The position numbers and the translations under genes were made by a program. From Vicinamibacterales bacterium (lineage in GTDB: Bacteria > Acidobacteriota > Vicinamibacteria > Vicinamibacterales > JAMQPK01), in assembly GCA_963825295.1 (NCBI GenBank), contig CAWGSZ010000009.1:24188-88187 (forward strand): a stretch of DNA of 64,000 nt. The letters are read 5' to 3'. Below, piece after piece: positions 58,633 to 64,000 of the stretch. The notes below the pieces were generated by a model. That model was not told where the DNA came from. It saw only the letters and a program-made list of their open reading frames with translations, and did not search any database. The first letter of the stretch is position 1; each line of letters opens with the position of its first letter.

Positions 58633-61600
58633 ATGGCCGTTGCTGAATGGGACACCATGCTGACCCCGCTGGGCTTGTTTGGCCCGTCGCCTACCCGTGC
58701 GTCGCGACTCTCCATCGTCGGACGTCTTGCTTTCATTCTGCAGATTGTTCTCGGCCCGCTCATGCTTGTCCGGGTCTGCCGTGTTAGACGCGCAGGAGAC
58801 GTGGACAGTGCTTCCGACGATTGCCACGTCGGAAGACACGTCCACGACGGTCCAGTCGAAGGTTTGGTTCCACGGTCACACGTGGTGGGCCGTGTTGCCA
58901 ACCAGCACGCCGAGCAATGGCTCGTGGCTGTTCCGGCTGGAGGCCAACAACACGTGGACGCCCGTCTTGCGGGTGTCTTCGATGAAGGGCAGAGCCGACA
59001 CCAAGGCCAACGGGAATCTGACGCACGTGCTCATCGTGGGTAGCAGTGCGCAAGTCGTGACCATCGAGTACATGCCCGAGCTTCAGACCTATCGCTTGTG
59101 GCCCGACAATCCCACGCCGGCATCGGTGTTCGTCGGCGAAACGGGAAGCCTCGAAGTCGACTCAACAGGCAGACTGTGGCTCGCGACAGACCACTTCAAC
59201 TGGGTATACGTGTATTACGCGGACTATCCGTTCTCGACATTCACCGGTCCAATCCTCCTGACCGAGGAAACCGGCCTCGGCGACGTCAACCAAATCGTCG
59301 CGTTCCCGAACAACACGATTGGTGTTTTCTGGGGAAATGGCGTCGTTGAGCACTTTGGATTTCGGGTGCACGTCGACGGGACCGACCCTACGGTGTGGCT
59401 CGCGGATGAAACGCCCGGTGCGGCGTATGCCGGCCAGGAAATGGCCGACGACCACATCAATCTCGCAGTCTCAGGGAATGGTAACTCTGTACGCGGCCCT
59501 CAAAGCCAAGCACCCGTCCACGACCGTGCCACCGGTGTACATGATGGTGCGACGCCCGAATCCCAGCGGACCTGGCGGCACCTGGGACAACACGCTGTAT
59601 CCAATTGACGCGATAACTCCCGGCCAAAGCGAATCTGGCAGCGGCCGGCGGCCGCTCGTGGTGGTGAACGATGATGCGCACACCCTGCGCGTCTTCTATC
59701 ACGATTCTGGAGGCCGGATTTATTTCCGGGAGTCCGACGCGACAGAGGTCAGCTTCGGACCGCGGAACCAGGTGCTGGACGGTGGATTCGAGTATGTGAC
59801 CAGCACCAAAGATCCCTGGTCGGGGCGGCTCGTCGTGCTGGCGACGAATTCCGGCACTGGCGGTGTGCTGATTTCCACCGACCCCAGTCTGGTCGGCTAC
59901 TGGAAGATGGACGAAGGCAGCGGCTCGATTGCAAAGGACGCATCAGGATGGGGCAACCACGCGAACCTCGTCGGATCGCCGACGTGGTCGCCAAGCCCGA
60001 AAGAACTTGCCGTTAATTTCAACGGTTCCACGAGCTATGGTGTCGTGTCCGATCAATGGGCGCTCGATCCGACGACGAGCTTGACGCTGTCCGCATGGAT
60101 CAAACCAGAGGCCCAGGGCAGCCTCGACATCATCAGCCGGGCAATGGCCGGAAGTGTCGATGGATACGCCTTGTCGCTGACGCCGTCGAATGCCCCGACG
60201 AACCCTCGCACGGTCGTGATGCAGCTGAACGAGGCGAGCTCGGGCAACACCTATCGCGTCAACTCAACCACGCAATACCCGACCAACGGAAGCACGTGGA
60301 TGCACATTGCGGCCACCTATGACGGCACCGCAATGCGCATGTATATCAACGGAGAAGAAGAGCGGTCCGAGCTCGGGCCACCTTCAATCGCGGCCAATCT
60401 CATCAACGTGGGTCTCGGCGCGCAAAGCGACGGCGCTCGCAAATTCCGCGGGCACCTGGATGACGTGCGGATCTACCGCCGGGCGCTGAGCGCCGTGGAG
60501 ATTACCGAGCTGGCGAGAGTGCCGTTCGGCGATCTCGTCATCACGAAGAGCGACGGCATTTCGAACATATTGGCGGGCCAGTCGACGACCTACACCATTC
60601 AAGTCAACAACCTTGGTCCGGATGGTGTGAAGGCGGTGATATCAGATGTGCTGCCATCGAGAGTGGCAGCGGCGACCTGGACGTGCACATCCAGCGGCGG
60701 TGCGTCTTGCACGAACAGCGGGACGGGAGGCCTCAACGAGATTGCGGACATGCCGGTCGGGAGCAGCGTCACCTATTCACTCACGGCGACGGTAAGTGCA
60801 GGGCCAGCCGGAACCCTCGTTAACACGGCGACTGTGTCGGCCACCAACGGCATCGATCCACAGCCGAACAATAACAGCGCGACCGACACGGATAGCATTC
60901 AGCAGCCTCCTGCGCCGCAGATTTTGACGCAGCCTTCGAATCAGACGGTCACCGCTCCGCAACCGGCAACGTTCACGGTTGTGGCCAGCGGCCCCGCACC
61001 GCTCAGTTATCAGTGGCGGCGCAATGGATCCAATATCGCCGGTGCCACCAGCGCGACATACGTTCGCACACCGACGGCGGTCAGCGACACAGGCTCGACT
61101 TACAGCGTCGTGGTCTCCAACGGCGGCGGCAGCCTTACAAGCACGGCCGCCAGTCTCACGGTGAGCCCCGCGCCCGTTCCACCGAGCATCACCACGCAGC
61201 CGTCCAGCACGATGGCGTTCGAACCGAATGCCGCATCGTTCTCGGTGGTCGCCACAGGCACGTCGCCGCTCAGCTATCAGTGGCATCGCAACGGCGCGCC
61301 CATTCCCGGCGCCACCAGCAGCAGCTACGTCGTCAGTCCCACGACGGCCGCGCTCAACGCCTCGTCTTTCACCGTCGTCGTGTCGAACGTGGCCGGCAGC
61401 GTCACAAGCTCGGCCGCCATGCTTTCGGTGTTCGGCAGCGGCAGCGGAACGGTGACGCTCGTCGAAGCACATTTCGACAGCGATGCGAATGGTTTCGCGT
61501 ATGTTGACGACGCCTTCCGGGGCTCAAATCAGCCGGGCTATGCAAACGGGGCGTACTTGTCGAGCGGCGGCTTTACAACTGGAGCCGTCCAGGTGACGGT

Positions 61601-64000
61601 CGGCGGGATCAACAGCCAGAACGTGTTGAACATGTCGGGCGGCTGGACGCGCAGCTTCACGATAGGAAGCTCCGTGTCTCTCGCACTCGTGTTCAGGCAT
61701 CGGTTGACCGAACTGCCGACCTACGAGACCGACGAGTTCAGTCAGACGCTGGTCAGTTTCGATGGCGTGTTGCGCGGGCTGGCGCCCAACGATTACATCG
61801 CCCAGGTCGTCGGCGGCGGTCCGACCACGACAGGCTGGCAGCTCGTGCAGATCGATCTCGGCATTGTGGCGCCCGGCACACATGTGCTGACCCTCGGCGC
61901 TTACAACAACAAGAAGAGCTATCACGACGAAACCGCCGACGTGCTCATCGACGACGTGTTGCTGCTGGCGAACACAGTCGCAAGCGGACCGCCGAGCATC
62001 ACAGCACAGCCCGCGAGTGCGACCGTCACTGCGGGAAGCCCGGCGAGCTTCACGGTTGGGGCGACCGGCGCCGCACCGCTCGCCTATCAATGGCGACGGA
62101 ACGGCTCGGCTATCCCAGGCGCGACCGCGACGTCCTATAACCTCGCCTCGACGTCGATGAGCGACAACGGAGCCACGTTCGATTGCGTGGTGTCCAACGG
62201 CGCGGGCAATGCCACCAGCGCAGCAGCCACGCTCACGGTAAATGGGGCAGCCACCGCACCCAGCATCACGACGCAACCTGCGAGTGCGACGGTGACGGTG
62301 CCTGCAGGTGCAACGTTCTCTGTGGTCGCGGCGGGAACGGCACCACTCAGTTACCAGTGGCGGCGCAACGGCGGTCCGATTCCGGGAGCCACGGGCTCGT
62401 CTTATACGCTCGCGACGACGGTGCTCGCCGACAACGGCGCATCGTTCACGGTCTTCGTTTCCAATAGCGTGGGCAACGTCACCAGCGCGGCGGCTACATT
62501 GACGGTGAATTCAGGGCCGGTTGCGCCATCGATCACCACGCAGCCGTCTGGCCAGAGCGTCACCGTCGGTACGCCGGCAACCTTCTCGGTCGTCGCGGCA
62601 GGCACGGCACCGCTCAGTTATCAGTGGCGGCGCAATGGCGGAGCGATTCCGGGAGCGACCGGCCCGTCGTACACCATTCCGTCGACCGTGCTTGCCGACA
62701 ATGGCGCATCGTTCGACGTCTTCGTCTCCAACTCGGTGGGGAACGTCACGAGCGCGGCGGCCACACTGACGGTGTCGAGCGGCGGTGGCGGAACCTCGAC
62801 GCTTATCGAGGCGCATTTCGACGCCGATGCCAACGGCTTCGCGTATGCCGACGATCTGTTCCGCGGCAGCAACGCGCCTAACTACGCCAGCGGCGTGTGG
62901 ATTGGCAGCGGCGGCTTTACCGGCGGTGGTTTGCGTGTCAACGTGGGCGGTATCAACAGCCAGAACATCTCGAACATGTCCGGCGGTTGGTCACGCAGCT
63001 TCACGTTGCCGGTCGCCGCGCCTGTGACGTTGACATTCCGTCAGCGATTGACAGAGCAGCCCACGTACGAGACAGACGAGTTCGTTCAAATGCTCGTGAG
63101 CCTCGATGGCGTCCTGCGGGGCGTGGCGCCCAACGACTACGTTGCGCAGGTCGTTGGTGGAGGACCGACCACGACCGGCTGGCAGCTCGTGCAGATCGAT
63201 CTGGGCACGCTTGGAGCCGGCAATCACGTGGTGGCGCTCGGCGCCTACAACAACAAGAAGACCGCTTTGGATGAATTGGCGGAGGTAGTGATCGACGACG
63301 TCCTCGTCGTGCAGGGGGGTGGCTCGGCGCCAACGCCGCCGAGCATTACCACACCGCCGTCCAATCTGACGGTCACCGCACCTGCTCAGGCGACCTTCTC
63401 AGTGGTTGCCGCCGGCACCGCGCCGCTGAGCTATGTGTGGCGGCGGGATGGCATGCCGATCCCGGGCGCTACCGGTGCGTCGTACACCCTCACGCCCACA
63501 ACAACGGTCGACAACGGCGCGATCTTCGATGTCGTCGTATCGAATTCCGCAGGCAACGCGACGAGCGCGGCTGCCACGCTGACGGTGAACGCCGCGCCCA
63601 CTGCGCCGAGCATTACGACGCAGCCTGCGAGCGTAACCGTCACAGTGGGAGCTCCCGCCAGCTTCTCAGTTGTGGCCGAGGGATCGGCGCCTCTGAGTTA
63701 TCAGTGGCGGCGGAATAATGCGCCGATGGCAGGCGCCACCAGCGCGACCTACACGCTGAATTCGACGGCGCTTGCTGACAACGGCGCGTTCTTTGATGTC
63801 GTCGTGACCAACGGCGTAGGCAATGTCACAAGCTCGGTGGCTGTGCTGACGGTGAATCAGGCACCAGTTGCGCCAAGCATTACGACGCAACCTGCGAATG
63901 TCACCGTGACCGCCCCGGCCCAGGCCACCTTCTCGGTCGTCGCCGCCGGCACGGCCCCGCTGAGTTATCAGTGGCGGCGCAACGGCACGGCGATCCCTGG
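58633..64000 (+). CDS. Giant exported multidomain protein G2 (5' part; continues beyond the window): propeller-like N-domain, LamG, DUF11, then Ig-like repeats interleaved with a ~175-aa jelly-roll-like module; one firm (about 59484) and one tentative (about 58770) frame disruption
   Basis: The hydrophobic leader RLSIVGRLAFILQIVLGPLMLV is in the 58633 frame. QETWTVLPT..HINLAVSGNG is in the 58679 frame. From 59478 a single frame stays open to 64000 (checked by hand at eight anchor points). LamG: LVGYWKMDEGSG..WMHIAATYDG..LDDVRIYRRAL. DUF11: DLVITKSDG..YTIQVNNLGPDG..TWTC. Ig units carry the pattern P.ITTQP...TV..G..A.FSV.A.G..PLSYQWRRNG..I.GAT...Y. Confidence 0.7.
60909..64000 (+). repeat. Repeat architecture of G2: Ig x2 (60909-61440), Y1 (61452-61970), Ig x3 (61980-62780), Y2 (62795-63313), Ig x3 or more (63330->64000)
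   Basis: Ig-like units are ~88-90 aa. The Y modules share AHFD.DANGFAY.DD.FRGSN.P.YA.G......GGFT.G...V.VGGINSQN..NMSGGW.RSFT, then TYETDEF.Q.LVS.DGVLRG.APNDY.AQVVGGGPTTTGWQLVQIDLG, LGAYNNKK and IDDVL. The Y-to-Y period is about 1343 nt. Confidence 0.8.

Noticed and set aside
856-59485. Programmed ribosomal frameshifting or recoding as explanation for the frame breaks
   Set aside because: There are too many sites (26-27), in unrelated genes and in both directions. I saw no shared slippery heptamer and no downstream structure. Several sites lie in the middle of compact catalytic domains.
1-64000. rRNA, tRNA or known riboswitch elements
   Set aside because: Scanning intergenic regions by eye revealed no tRNA T-loop/acceptor patterns, no rRNA-like conserved stretches and no riboswitch cores I recognise. 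A covariance-model search would be needed for certainty.

Overview
High-GC bacterial chromosomal segment, probably from an Acidobacteria-type soil bacterium. That inference rests on two ADOP-family duplicated FtsX permeases, a Ser/Thr kinase fused to a TolB-like propeller, and many exported hydrolases. Gene content in order: a Tat-signal TPP enzyme (partial); a tannase/feruloyl esterase; a tricarballylate cluster (tctC-tctB-tctA transporter plus tcuA-tcuB); several alpha/beta and SGNH hydrolases; a Ser/Thr kinase; a secreted two-repeat protein next to a POTRA-less Omp85-type barrel; an HD-GYP response regulator; an RRM RNA-binding protein; a Tat amidohydrolase; a PhoD-like phosphatase; two NHL propeller paralogs; an RND pump pair; a choice-of-anchor-B/DUF11 protein; a beta-helix protein; an OprO/P-type porin; an SPFH lipoprotein; a PilZ protein; a SAM methyltransferase; and an EamA transporter. 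Two giant exported repeat proteins dominate the window. G1 (37339..48477, minus strand, about 3,700 codons) has LamG, FN3, PKD and two metallophosphoesterase modules, ten Ig-like repeats, and three copies of a roughly 220-aa module I cannot assign. G2 (58633..>64000, plus strand) has a propeller-like N-domain, LamG, DUF11, and Ig-like repeats interleaved with a roughly 175-aa jelly-roll-like module. I recognised no rRNA, tRNA, CRISPR array, transposase or integrase. Three non-genic signals stand out. (1) By hand I count 26-27 single-nucleotide frame disruptions in 12 otherwise well-conserved genes; 11 touch the tetranucleotide GTAC and 7 cluster in one 0.9-kb catalytic module of G1. (2) A family of GTAG-headed hairpin (REP-like) elements sits at gene ends, and two of them supply the stop codon of the upstream gene. 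(3) Tandem and inverted repeats lie in the control regions upstream of G1 and of the EamA gene. Product calls come from motif recognition in the translated ORFs, not from database searches. Frameshifted genes are reported as single CDS spanning the pieces.
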